Below, one piece after another: positions 44,026 through 53,500 of a stretch of DNA of 56,535 nt (positions are counted from its first letter, which is position 1; the number at the start of each line of letters is the position of its first letter). The stretch covers positions 1-56,535 of the forward strand of contig PHAM01000002.1 in the NCBI GenBank assembly GCA_002841685.1. Reading direction: 5' to 3'. The DNA comes from Elusimicrobia bacterium HGW-Elusimicrobia-2. GTDB taxonomy: Bacteria; CG03. Below the pieces are notes generated by a model. It did no database searches. It was not told the origin of the DNA and worked only from the letters and a program-made list of their open reading frames with translations. The position numbers and the translations under genes are program-made.

Positions 44026-44197
44026 AAAATAGTTGTGATATATGTCACAACTCGTGATTGAGGACATTTTGCGGTGTGAAAATCCCGTTCGTAAAAAATA
44101 ACTATTTTCCGACGGTATTCGTGCGCCCGCGAAAGCGGGAAGCGAACTACCCGGAAACAAGAAATCACCGTATAGCCAATAATACCAGAATTGCCCC

Positions 44198-44226
44198 TTG
44201 ACAAGATTGAACGAAGAGTTTATACT
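44198..44226 (+). promoter_or_regulatory. Sigma70-type promoter TTGACA-17-TATACT, 9 nt upstream of the ATG at 44236
   Basis: ccTTGACAagattgaacgaagagttTATACTttcaataagATG read directly. No SD lies between the -10 and the ATG. Confidence 0.55.
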
Positions 44227-44235
44227 TTCAATAAG

Positions 44236-44796
44236 ATGAGTAAAAAAATATTTACTACTCAAGAGGTGGCGCAACTGCTGTCATGCGATCTTACAACTGT
44301 TATTAAATGGGTGAACGCGGGCAAGCTCAACGCCTATAAAACCCCCGGCGGCCACAGGCGCATAGAGAAGCACGACCTCGTCAAATTCATCAGCCAATAC
44401 GACATGCCCATGCCGGAAAAACTCCGTGAGGTGAACAGGGTGCTCATCGTCGACGACGATCCCCTGTTCGTTGAGATGGCCGCGGCCATCCTGGGCAAGG
44501 TGGAGAACATCAGCATTGATTCGGCGAAAGAGGGTTTTGAGGCGGGGGAAAAGGTCATTTCGTTCAGACCCCATGTTGTCATACTGGACATGAAACTTCC
44601 CGGCATAGACGGTTTTGAGGTCTGCCGGAGGATAAAAGACAGGGAAGAGACAGCGGGGGTGAAGGTGATAGCCGTCACCGCCTACGGCACTCCCGACGAC
44701 AAAAAGCGTATTCTGGAATGCGGCGCCGATCATTATTTCCAGAAGCCGGTAAAAGCGGAACAACTTCTGAACACGGTTCAAAAACTACTGCCGTAA
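44236..44796 (+). CDS. Response regulator: N-terminal excisionase/MerR-type HTH + C-terminal receiver domain
   Basis: The start is moved from 44191 because that start lies upstream of the promoter. HTH: FTTQEVAQLLSCDLTTVIKWVNAGKLNAYKTPGGHRRI. Receiver: VLIVDDDP, VILDMKLPGIDG, IAVTAYG, FQKP. Confidence 0.8.
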   Translation: MSKKIFTTQEVAQLLSCDLTTVIKWVNAGKLNAYKTPGGHRRIEKHDLVKFISQYDMPMPEKLREVNRVLIVDDDPLFVEMAAAILGKVENISIDSAKEGFEAGEKVISFRPHVVILDMKLPGIDGFEVCRRIKDREETAGVKVIAVTAYGTPDDKKRILECGADHYFQKPVKAEQLLNTVQKLLP

Positions 44797-44888
44797 TGAA
44801 CAACAATTTGATTTTTAAGAATATTTTTTTGTTTTTGAAAGTGGTAAGTAAACAGCGCGCTTCATACAGCGCGGACAATGGTTGCGGA

Positions 44889-44945
44889 AAAAATGATCGT
44901 GAAAATAGGGATAGTGGGAAAATTAATTACCTCCGTCCCCGTTTT
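44889..44945 (+). mobile_element. Right-end remnant of the RAYT element
   Basis: aaaaatgatcgtgaaaatagggatagtgggaaaattaattacctccgtcccc aligns with the right end of the full unit, aaaaatgattagaaaacttggaataattggaaaattaattacctccgtcccc (29435-29487). No left arm is nearby. Confidence 0.65.
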
Positions 44946-45032
44946 TTTGTGCTGTTTGGAAGCGTCCGCTCTCATGCGGGCATTGGAGGATAAATGACAA
45001 GCGCGAAGAGGATCCGTCTGGGGAAGGGTTTG

Positions 45033-45242
45033 ATGAAGGTCGGCGAGATCGCCGAGGAAGCCGGCGTTATGCCGTCCACGGTGAAGTTTTACACCGAGGA
45101 AGGGCTTCTGGATGTGGCTGACCGCACATTGGGCGGCTACCGTCTTTACGACAGGGACAAGACCATCAGAAGGGTTATCGCCATCCGTGCGATGACATCC
45201 CGCCGTCTTTCTCTTTCCGAACTAAGGCCGAAGCGGAACTGA
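45033..45242 (+). CDS. Short MerR-family HTH protein
   Basis: MKVGEIAEEAGVMPSTVKFYTEEGLL...GGYRLYD. ATG 45033 follows GGGGAAGGG (track start 44994). Confidence 0.65.
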   Translation: MKVGEIAEEAGVMPSTVKFYTEEGLLDVADRTLGGYRLYDRDKTIRRVIAIRAMTSRRLSLSELRPKRN

Positions 45243-45267
45243 GGGATGATGAAAAGGAGCGATCTAA

Positions 45268-45609
45268 ATGTCTGATTTAGTGCCGGTTGAAATAATAGCG
45301 TCTCAGATTTTTTTGATTCGCGGTCAAAAGGTGATGCTTGACAGGGACTTAGCGGAACTTTATGGAGTAGATACTGCAATGCTCAAAAGGCAGGTGAGGA
45401 GAAACAAAGAGCGCTTTCCGGATGATTTTATGTTTGCGCTTAATGACAAGGAGGTCAAGGACTTGGTGTGCCATTTTGGCATACCATCGAAATCTTATTT
45501 TGGCGGCGCGTTGCCTTTTGCTTTTACAGAACAAGGCGTAGCTATGTTGCATCCGCCAGAGAAACCGAAAGGAAAAATGCTGAAAGTCCGCCGGGGCGGA
45601 GGATTTTGA
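45268..45609 (+). CDS. ORF6N-domain protein, apparently C-terminally truncated
   Basis: IRGQKVMLDRDLAELYGVDTAMLKRQVRRNKERFPDDFMF...LPFAFTEQGVAML matches ORF6N. The expected continuation after GVAML is replaced by unrelated residues just before the next gene. Confidence 0.6.
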   Translation: MSDLVPVEIIASQIFLIRGQKVMLDRDLAELYGVDTAMLKRQVRRNKERFPDDFMFALNDKEVKDLVCHFGIPSKSYFGGALPFAFTEQGVAMLHPPEKPKGKMLKVRRGGGF

Positions 45610-45611
45610 AA

Positions 45612-46697
45612 ATGAAAAAGAGAAAAAATTCGCCCGGTAGCTTCCGACCTGTCGACGGGGAGATAAAGGGACAGGAGCGTCCTCTGCTTGGCAAAATCTC
45701 AGGTTTGATTGAGAGAGCAAGAAGAAAAGTTGCCGCATCAATCAACCATGAGATGGTGCTGCTTTACTGGAATATCGGCAAGGCAATTAAAGAGGAAATA
45801 ATGAAATCCGCCAGAGCCGGGTATGGCAAACAGGTGATTCAGTTGTTAAGCGCCAAATTGACTGAAAAATATGGCAAAGGATTTTCTGTCCAGAATCTGT
45901 GGTATATGCTTCAGTTGTATGAGATTTATCCAATTCTCCACGCAGTGCGTGGAGAATTAGAAGGGCTATCCTGGACCCATATACGAACCCTTCTGCCGAT
46001 AAAGGATAAATTAAAAAGAAAATTTTATGCGATACTCTGTCTGAAAGAACACTGGAGCACGAGGACACTCGAAAACAGAATCGGCACTATGCTTTATGAA
46101 CGGACAGCGTTATCCAAACTGCCTGAAAAGACAATTGAAATGCAACTTAAAGAATTGAAAGAGAAGGACAAAGTGACGCCCGAGATGGTTTTCAGAGACC
46201 CTTATGTGCTGGATTTCCTGGAATTATCCGATACCTACAGCGAGAAGGATTTGGAAAGCGCGATATTAAATGCTTTAGAGAAATTTATTCTTGAAATGGG
46301 CAGTGATTTTTATTTTGTCGCCAGACAAAAAAGAATCACCCTTGACAATATTGATTACTACATAGACTTGTTGTTCTATCACAGGAAACTCAGATGTTTT
46401 GTGGCGATCGACTTGAAACTGGATAAATTCCGCGCGGAATACAAAGGGCAGATGGAACTGTATCTGAGATACATAGAGAGATATGAAATGGACGAGGGTG
46501 AGAATCCGCCTGTCGGCATGATTCTTTGCGCTGAAAAGGGCAGAAAGCAGATTGAATTATTGTGCTTGCCTCAGGAGAGGATCAGGGTTTCCGAGTATCT
46601 GACAAAGTTACCGTCGAAAGAACTGTTCGCTGAAAAACTTAAAAAAGCGATACGCGTTGCGCAGTTGGAGTTAAGGAGCGAAAAAGGAAGAAAATGA
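45612..46697 (+). CDS. DUF1016/YhcG-like PDDEXK nuclease-domain protein
   Basis: ATG 45612 is used; the track start 45468 would overlap the ORF6N gene. VLLYWNIGKAIKEEI, GYGKQVIQLLSAKL, RDPYVLDFLEL, EKDLESAILNALEKFILEMGSDFYFVARQKRITLDNIDYYIDLLFYHRKLRCFVAIDLKLDKF. Confidence 0.75.
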   Translation: MKKRKNSPGSFRPVDGEIKGQERPLLGKISGLIERARRKVAASINHEMVLLYWNIGKAIKEEIMKSARAGYGKQVIQLLSAKLTEKYGKGFSVQNLWYMLQLYEIYPILHAVRGELEGLSWTHIRTLLPIKDKLKRKFYAILCLKEHWSTRTLENRIGTMLYERTALSKLPEKTIEMQLKELKEKDKVTPEMVFRDPYVLDFLELSDTYSEKDLESAILNALEKFILEMGSDFYFVARQKRITLDNIDYYIDLLFYHRKLRCFVAIDLKLDKFRAEYKGQMELYLRYIERYEMDEGENPPVGMILCAEKGRKQIELLCLPQERIRVSEYLTKLPSKELFAEKLKKAIRVAQLELRSEKGRK

Positions 46698-46718
46698 ATA
46701 AATTAGCCGAGAGCAGAA
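46694..46718 (+). repeat. Copy A of the giant-gene 5'-end repeat (ATGAATAAATTAGCCGAGAGCAGAA)
   Basis: Its 25 nt are identical to 47175-47199 and 47599-47623. It overlaps the TGA of the DUF1016 gene. Confidence 0.85.
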
Positions 46719-46815
46719 AAGCTCATTTAGACGGGGCGCGAGAAGATATTAGGAACCGTGTGCCTCGTAACTCGCCAGAGGCGATGGTATGGGGTCACCA
46801 ATATCACTATAAGAA

Positions 46816-47085
46816 TTATTTTTTGAAAAAGAGAAAAAGAACGGCAGTAATGGATGCGAATTGCCCAATCCAGAATATGAACATCCATTTGATGATTTCT
46901 GTTCTGACTTGCTCCATTTTAATTTCTAATTTTCTTAAATCATCTTTTGTTGCAATTTCATTGAGCAAAGAAGAATTATTTGTTTCTAAAGCGGACTCAA
47001 CGGCAGAAGCAATTGCTTTTGATTTAGGTTCGTCAAAGACAGGTCGAAGCGCTTCAAAAATCTTTAATGTGTTTGCATATGCCAT
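46816..47085 (-). CDS. DUF1640-like coiled-coil protein with C-terminal TM segment
   Basis: AGGAGG lies 5 nt upstream. ...LLNEIATKDDLRKLEIKMEQVRTEIIKWMFIFWIGQFASITAVLFLFFKK. Confidence 0.65.
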   Translation of the reverse strand: MAYANTLKIFEALRPVFDEPKSKAIASAVESALETNNSSLLNEIATKDDLRKLEIKMEQVRTEIIKWMFIFWIGQFASITAVLFLFFKK

Positions 47086-47104
47086 AAAAACCTCCTATGC
47101 GGAA

Positions 47105-47134
47105 ATTGTAACGAATAATTATAGATTGTGTCAA
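47105..47134 (-). promoter_or_regulatory. Sigma70-like promoter TTGACA-18-TACAAT for the DUF1640-like gene
   Basis: Minus strand reads cTTGACAcaatctataattattcgtTACAATttccgcatAGGAGGtttttATG. Confidence 0.5.
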
Positions 47135-47174
47135 GCCCTGCAAGCTCCATATTTCTCGCGGGGCAAGGTAAAAA

Positions 47175-47236
47175 ATGAATAAATTAGCCGAGAGCAGAAC
47201 AGAGCGCTTTGAGGCGGCGTTCGCCGACTTCAGAGC
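47175..47236 (+). repeat. Copy B of the giant-gene 5'-end repeat (62 nt)
   Basis: ATGAATAAATTAGCCGAGAGCAGAACAGAGCGCTTTGAGGCGGCGTTCGCCGACTTCAGAGC aligns with 47599-47660 with only a few mismatches. Confidence 0.85.
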
Positions 47237-47240
47237 ACTT

Positions 47241-47348
47241 TTACTTAACTGGCTGGTGTTTTTCCTTTTTTGCGGAATAAATACCCACGCCGCCGAGTGT
47301 GAGAGCTATGATGATTACGACAAGAAAGAAAATAGAAATTTGATCCAT
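47241..47348 (-). CDS. Tiny single-TM peptide (35 aa) downstream of the small membrane protein gene
   Basis: Hand translation gives MDQISIFFLVVIIIALTLGGVGIYSAKKEKHQPVK. AGGAG lies 7 nt upstream. It starts 2 nt after the stop of 47351..47545. It is the positional analogue of 6890..6994. Confidence 0.45.
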   Translation of the reverse strand: MDQISIFFLVVIIIALTLGGVGIYSAKKEKHQPVK

Positions 47349-47350
47349 GT

Positions 47351-47545
47351 TTATTCTCCTGTTTTACTCAATAAAATTCCCATTATAAAAAGAACGGTAA
47401 AAACTGCGACGCCGAGGATAAAGGCAAGGTTTGTTATGCTTTCGGGCGTAACTATTTTACCGATGATTACAGCGATAAAGTCCGCCTGGCAAAGATTGAG
47501 AAAAATTCTTGCCAATTCTTTCCGCTGGTTTTTATCAAAGTTCAT
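47351..47545 (-). CDS. Small membrane protein (64 aa), paralog of 6991..7182
   Basis: MNFDKNQRKELARIF... shares the DK.QRKELA start and the two-TM layout with the 7182 protein. Confidence 0.6.
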   Translation of the reverse strand: MNFDKNQRKELARIFLNLCQADFIAVIIGKIVTPESITNLAFILGVAVFTVLFIMGILLSKTGE

Positions 47546-47553
47546 ATATTTGG

Positions 47554-47582
47554 ATTCTATTAAAAGCGAAAATTTCTGTCAA
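47554..47582 (-). promoter_or_regulatory. Sigma70-type promoter TTGACA-17-TAGAAT, 8 nt upstream of the ATG at 47545 (leaderless geometry)
   Basis: Minus strand reads cTTGACAgaaattttcgcttttaaTAGAATccaaatatATG. Confidence 0.55.
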
Positions 47583-47598
47583 GACGGAAGGTGGACTC

Positions 47599-50500
47599 AT
47601 GAATAAATTAGCCGAGAGCAGAACAGAGCGCTTTGAAGCGGCGAATGCCGACTTCAGGGCGTGCCTCGCTCATTTTGGCCTCGGCTTCACATATCTTTTC
47701 AGGTCGGTGTGGAACATCCGCCGTGGCGGAAAGCATCTGGTCACCGGCGTGCTGATAACTTTTATTTTTATCGCTCTTATGCCGGCAAAAGGTTTTGCAA
47801 CGACGAATAATACCATCACAATTGATGCCAGCCTTGCTGATTGGGCTGACGACGAGAAGTTGGGGACATCCTTTGGCCAGTTTTATTTTACATGGGATGC
47901 AAATAATTTTTATTTTGCTTATAATAAAGGTGAAACTTTTAACGCTGACCCTGACGTAGTATGGATTTATATCAGCACCGTAACCCCCACCTCTACAGCG
48001 GGAACTTTTACGTCAGTGGATTGGAGCGGTACGCATACTTTGCCGTTCCGAGCCGGATACGTCTATCTATTCAGGCCAAATAACGAATACAAAACTTATA
48101 GAAATTGGACGGGTTCGGCATGGTCAGGGGATTGGGCAGGAACCGCGGCAACAAGCCAGAATTATGGCGCGGGCATAGTGGAAATAAAAATCCCGCGGAC
48201 AGACATAGGCAGTCCTTCCAATATCAGAGTGACACTTTATATCACCAATGGGTCAAATAATTATGTTTTTGGCACTACTCCGAGGGAAAATCCAAACGGC
48301 GCTACGGGCAGGATAATGGGCTTGTCGTGGTATTATCCGAGCGCCGGCGCCAGCGGGGTTTTTCCGAATTTGATGCGGTACCGTTATCCCGGAGTAGTTA
48401 TTGCCGATATCTGTCATGACGCTGGTGCTGCAGCAAATGAATATGTGCAACTTTACAACCCTAATGATGAGCCGATTTATTTAAGTAACCTGCAATCTCA
48501 TCATGGATTGTCCCCGGGCATAGTTTTTTATTTGATGAGGTGGAATGCATCAACCGCTCAGACCGTAAACATCGCAACTGTTGTTTCTACAAATACAGTT
48601 AGATCGAGAGGTTTTAGTTTAATAGGAGCCGGAACCCTGCCTATATCAGCTGATATAACCGGCACTTCGAATATGGCTTTTGATGGAAGTAACGATGCCG
48701 CAGTTATTTCATATTCTAATCAAAGCACTGCGGCGAACAGAGCCGATCCAACTTTAAGTACTAACGTAGATAAAGTCGGATGGGGCGCCCCATCCGCAAA
48801 CGGGATAGAAACAACAGCTATCAGTGTGTTTGCGTCGGACAACAGCATTCAGCGCAAAGCGTGGTCAACAACTACCTCATCAGCCGCCATGGTGGTGGGC
48901 GGAGCAGATGAGTACGCCGCTCACTTTACGGACACTCACGACAATTCAAATGATTTTGTAACAATTGTCGGTTCATGGACACCGCGGAATAGCACATCGC
49001 CCCGCGAAGGGTTCTTAGGCAACTGCTGGCATATTCCGGATAATACCGATGACCTTGGCGTTTCTATGCGTGATCCAGTGACCGGGATTCAGCTAAATAC
49101 ACCTACCACTTTTTACGCGGGAAATCAATTCCAGGGAGCTGGAAATCCCGGTGATATGTCCGGAGGAAAGGTATATTATAAGTCAATCACTGAAACAAAC
49201 TGGCAGGAATCGGCACTAAGTTACTACAGTACGTCAGGAAATAACAAATTTTGGAAAACCATTATCACAAATTCTTATGCCGCGGGAACCACTGTGCAAT
49301 ATTATATTGACGTAAATTATGCGGACAGCCACGATACTACCAATCTTTACTGGACAAATTCCCTTGCCCGGCGGTCGTATGAAATTTTTATATCGTCTAA
49401 TAATCCTTATAGCTTTGTTGTGGCTGCAGGGGGAGCGGGAAACACCGCGCCGAACGATCCGCTGGGGCTGAATCAGTGGGACGCTTCAACAACGACTATT
49501 ATTTCTACGGGCTCATGGATAAGCAATACATACAATCAGACGGGTTTAAGCCTGTCAGTTAAGATGAGCGACCCTGATTCCAGCGAAACGCTGTATCCCA
49601 TTATTGAATATAAACCGATAGTCACGGCTTTTACGGGAGTGACTCTGACGACGGGAACAGGCGTCTCGTATTCCGGTACGGCGGTAATAGGAACAATAAC
49701 CGTTACCGGCCTGACAACGAATACGTCATATCACTGGCGGGCGAGGGTTTACGATGGGGACGATGTTTCGGGCTGGATAAGTTTCCCTTATAATGTTGGT
49801 CAGGCGGAAACAGAATCCGATTTCGGCTGCGACACTTCCTCTCCAACAAACGTTGGATGTTCAAAGCCGGCTGACGGGGCGTATAATCTTAACACTTCCA
49901 CATCTCTTACCGCTTTGACGGCGGCCGACGGAGGGTCGGGCGTTGATCAGTACAGTTTTGAGGTTTCAACCGCGTCTTCATTTGATAAGCCGGGGGATAT
50001 AGATTCCGGCTGGACAACATCGCCTTACAGCCCGCCGGGACTTGCGCAGAGCACGACTTATTACTGGCGGGTGAAAGCAAAAGACAATGTCGGCAATGAG
50101 TCCCCCTGGCGCGGAGAAGCAGATACGGCGGGGTACCGGAAATTTATAACGGCCGCGAAAATTGTTGACGGCAATCCGGCGGATTGGGGAAATTATTCCG
50201 GTTCGCAGCTTGATAACTCATCACTAATGTCCGGCACAGAATGGGTGTGGAAGGATAAGGAGTGGGACGAAAGACAGGATGTTGATACAGCGACGGATGA
50301 CCATTTTGAGTTTAAGGAATGGAGAATGTGGTCGGATGATACGGATTTGTATTTTCTTGTGAGATTTACGGGGGACATAACGGATACGCTCTATCCTTAT
50401 GTCGCGATATCTATTGATACTAATACCGCTTCCACGGGAATGAACTGGACGGCAGATGATTCGGGTGTGACGATGGGGGTGGAGTATGGAAGGGCAGGTG

Positions 50501-53500
50501 ACACATATCATTATCCCGAGCACAATCTCATTGTGCATCATACCAACAGCGGTTTAGCGGTTCAGATTGAGCAGTATAAAGAATCAGCGGCGGCTTGGGC
50601 TGCTCCCGCAACCCACGGCGGGGGCGCAAATTTTCTAAGCGCTGATAACGATGTTTTAGAATTCAAAATAGCCCGCTCTGACATTGGTCTTGACGGCAGC
50701 AAAACCGCGAGATTCACATTTTCACTTTATGCAGAGGCCCAATTGGCGGGCGAATGGTGGGCGACGGACGATAATACGACGGACTCAAACGGTATAAATA
50801 TGCCGCCGGACGCGTTGGATACGATGAGCATTATACGAATGTCTGACGGCTCAAACACATACAATGATAATTACGGGAGTATGAACGCAAATGACGAGGA
50901 TATAAACGACTCCGACCTTGATTTCTGGGTTGAACTGAGTTTTGACGCCTCAGGAATCGTCGCTAACAATGAGCCGACTGCTCCTAATACGGCTGTGTCG
51001 CCCGCGAACGCTTCCAAGATTTTTGACACGACTCCGGAGATTTCCTGGAGCGGGGCGACGGACGGCGACGCTGACGATATAACTTCGTATTTACTTCTGG
51101 TTGATACTGATACGACTTTTTATACGCCGCACACATACAAAGTCAATGTTTCAGAGACGGGCTCTTTCACGGTTCCTTCGCCTCTTGCGGGCGATAAAAC
51201 TTATTACTGGCGGGTTTATACGAGAGACAAACAGGGCGACCTTTCGCCTGTATCAACCACATGGTCTTTTTATGTAAAAGGCAGAACGATAGACGGGAAT
51301 ATTGGCGACTGGGGTTCTGAAACGCCATCCGTGGTGAACGCATCAACAATTGATACGGCGAAGAACGAGTATGTATGGAGAGACAAGATAGGGGAATCGC
51401 GGACAGTTTCCGCCGACCCCGCCAGCAATTTTGATATTGAGGAAATAAGGATCACGGCCAATGACACATACATATACTTCCTTATCAAGTCCGCGGACAT
51501 CACAGGAATTGACATACCGCATTTCGCGATTTCAATTGACACTGACACAAGTTTAACCGACTCCCAGCTGCCCTGGATAGATGATGATTCAACGGCTACC
51601 GGTTCAATGGGGCTGGGAGACGAATATAGTCAAAAGATAAGAGCGGAGAGAAATATCGTAATATGTTCAAGTGAAGCGGCAACCACAAGAGTTTTTCTGT
51701 ATGCCGACGACGGAAGCTCCTGGTATGTGCCCGTCTCAGGCGACTGGGAAGCATGCGCTTCAGAACCGAACAATGTGTTTGAATTTAAAATCAAAAGGTC
51801 GGATATCTGTCTTGATAACGCTAAGACATTCAGATTTGCTTTAGCGAGCGCTGATAATGTTATCGGCAACCCGCAGACAATTGACACAACCGAAGACTAT
51901 AATCCGGACTCTCTGGATTCAATGAGTATCGTGAGGATTTCAACGGGAAGCGGAACAGGGCAGTATCACAGCGACCCTGCTAATGATTTGAACGCCTGGG
52001 ACGAGGAAATATCCGATAGCGATATTGATTTCTGGTGCCAGCTGTCAATCTCCGCCGACGGCACACTTTCAAACAACGCCCCTGATGTTGAAGCTTCAAA
52101 CCCGAGTCCCGCGGACAACGGAAAATATTCAACGGACGCGAAGCCGCCGCTTTCGTGGACTCCGGGCTCGGACAGCGATTCAGGCGATTATGTGACTTCT
52201 TATCTGCTTGAATTCGCGACGCACACGGATCTCGGCAGTAACCTCGGCGGAGCGGGCGAATACGGTTACCGCGTGAATATCGGCTCTTCAACAAGCCCTT
52301 CCTGGACGATTCCGAATGATTTGAAAAACGACCTGACTTATTACTGGAGGGTTTTTTCAAGAGACGCTTGCGGGACTTTGTCGGCTTCGCCGGGCGTCTG
52401 GTCGGTGAAGGTGGATTCTGTCGCGCCTTCGGCAATCACGGCGCTCTCGGCATTGACAGGAGATTCCGGTGGGGAAGTAAATCTTAGCTGGACGGCGACG
52501 GGTGATAATGATTTAAGCGGCGCTCTGCCCGCGGGAAGTAATTTCAGGATTGAATACGCTTCCTGGACGGCTGTCGTCTGGAGTACAAACACGGCAACAT
52601 CGGGCGCGGGTTCTTATATAACGATAAGCACGGCTGTAAGCGCGGGAACGATATGTTCAAGAACGGTGGATTCTCTCACGGAAGGCGTGACATATTATTT
52701 CAGGATATGGACGGCGGACGAGATACCTAACTGGTCGGCGATTTCCAATGCCGCTACGGCTTACGCTTATGTGACGCCTCCCGCTCCGCCGCCGGATGAC
52801 GGAGCCATGGTGGTATATTATTCTACACTTTCAGCAGTAGCGAATATACCGCAGTATAGAACGCTAACAGAGGGAACGACGACATGGTCTTCTGTCGCGA
52901 GCGCAAATTCGGTCGGGCATTTGGTTCGGTATTGGCAGGTTCTCAGAAATTCTCCGCGAGAGAACGTCAAGCTTCTTGCAACTCTCGATCACGGCGACGA
53001 CCTGCAAACACAAAGATGGACAAGTTCCGGATGGGGCACGGTGCAGGATATAGACCTGAATGTCGGCGGACACGCCAAGCGCTGTTTTGATTTATGCTAC
53101 GAACACAATTCCGGCGACGCTCTGTTGGTTTATTATGACGGGACGGATACGACCCCGCATTATCAGACGCTTGCCAAGGGGCAGTCAGCGTGGGTTGACC
53201 ACGGAGCGGTATCGCCTTATGAAATATCGGGCGCTCCGACGTGGATTCGTCTTGAATCACGGCTCGGTTCCGATGCGATTTTACTTGCGGCGCAGGACGT
53301 CAACGCTGATTTGTTCGCGATGCTGTGGGACGGTTCAGGCTGGCTGCAGGTTTCATCAACAACTTTGACAACATCTCTTTCACATACAAATCAGTGCTTT
53401 GATGTCGCCTGCGAATATCAGTCAGGAAATTTTATGGTTGTTTACGGAACGCCGACAGTTTCCGTAAAATACAGGCGTCTTCTTTCGGGCACGACATCAT

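Noticed and set aside
44026-44190. A structured-looking intergenic region after the second GGDEF gene. It has a perfect hairpin AGTTGTGAtatatgTCACAACT at 44031-44052 and CCCGCgaaaGCGGG at ~44126-44139. It was considered as a c-di-GMP riboswitch or a terminator.
   Set aside because: I cannot match it to the GEMM-I/II consensus by eye. The 44031 hairpin has no downstream U-tract, and the downstream gene has its own promoter at 44198. It would need a covariance-model (Rfam) scan to decide.
45468-45611. The N-terminal 48 codons of track ORF 45468..46697.
   Set aside because: This stretch overlaps the ORF6N gene in another frame. The DUF1016-like similarity begins after ATG 45612, which directly follows the ORF6N stop.
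46694-47606. Two + strand ORFs (46694..47182 and 47175..47606). Each starts with the repeated MNKLAESR leader and stays open up to the next repeat copy.
   Set aside because: Their bodies are antisense to minus-strand genes that have their own promoters and RBSs and recognisable features (DUF1640-like; a paralogous small membrane protein). Past the leader the + translations are low-complexity and not protein-like. I treat them as shadow ORFs, but the repeat itself is reported as a finding.
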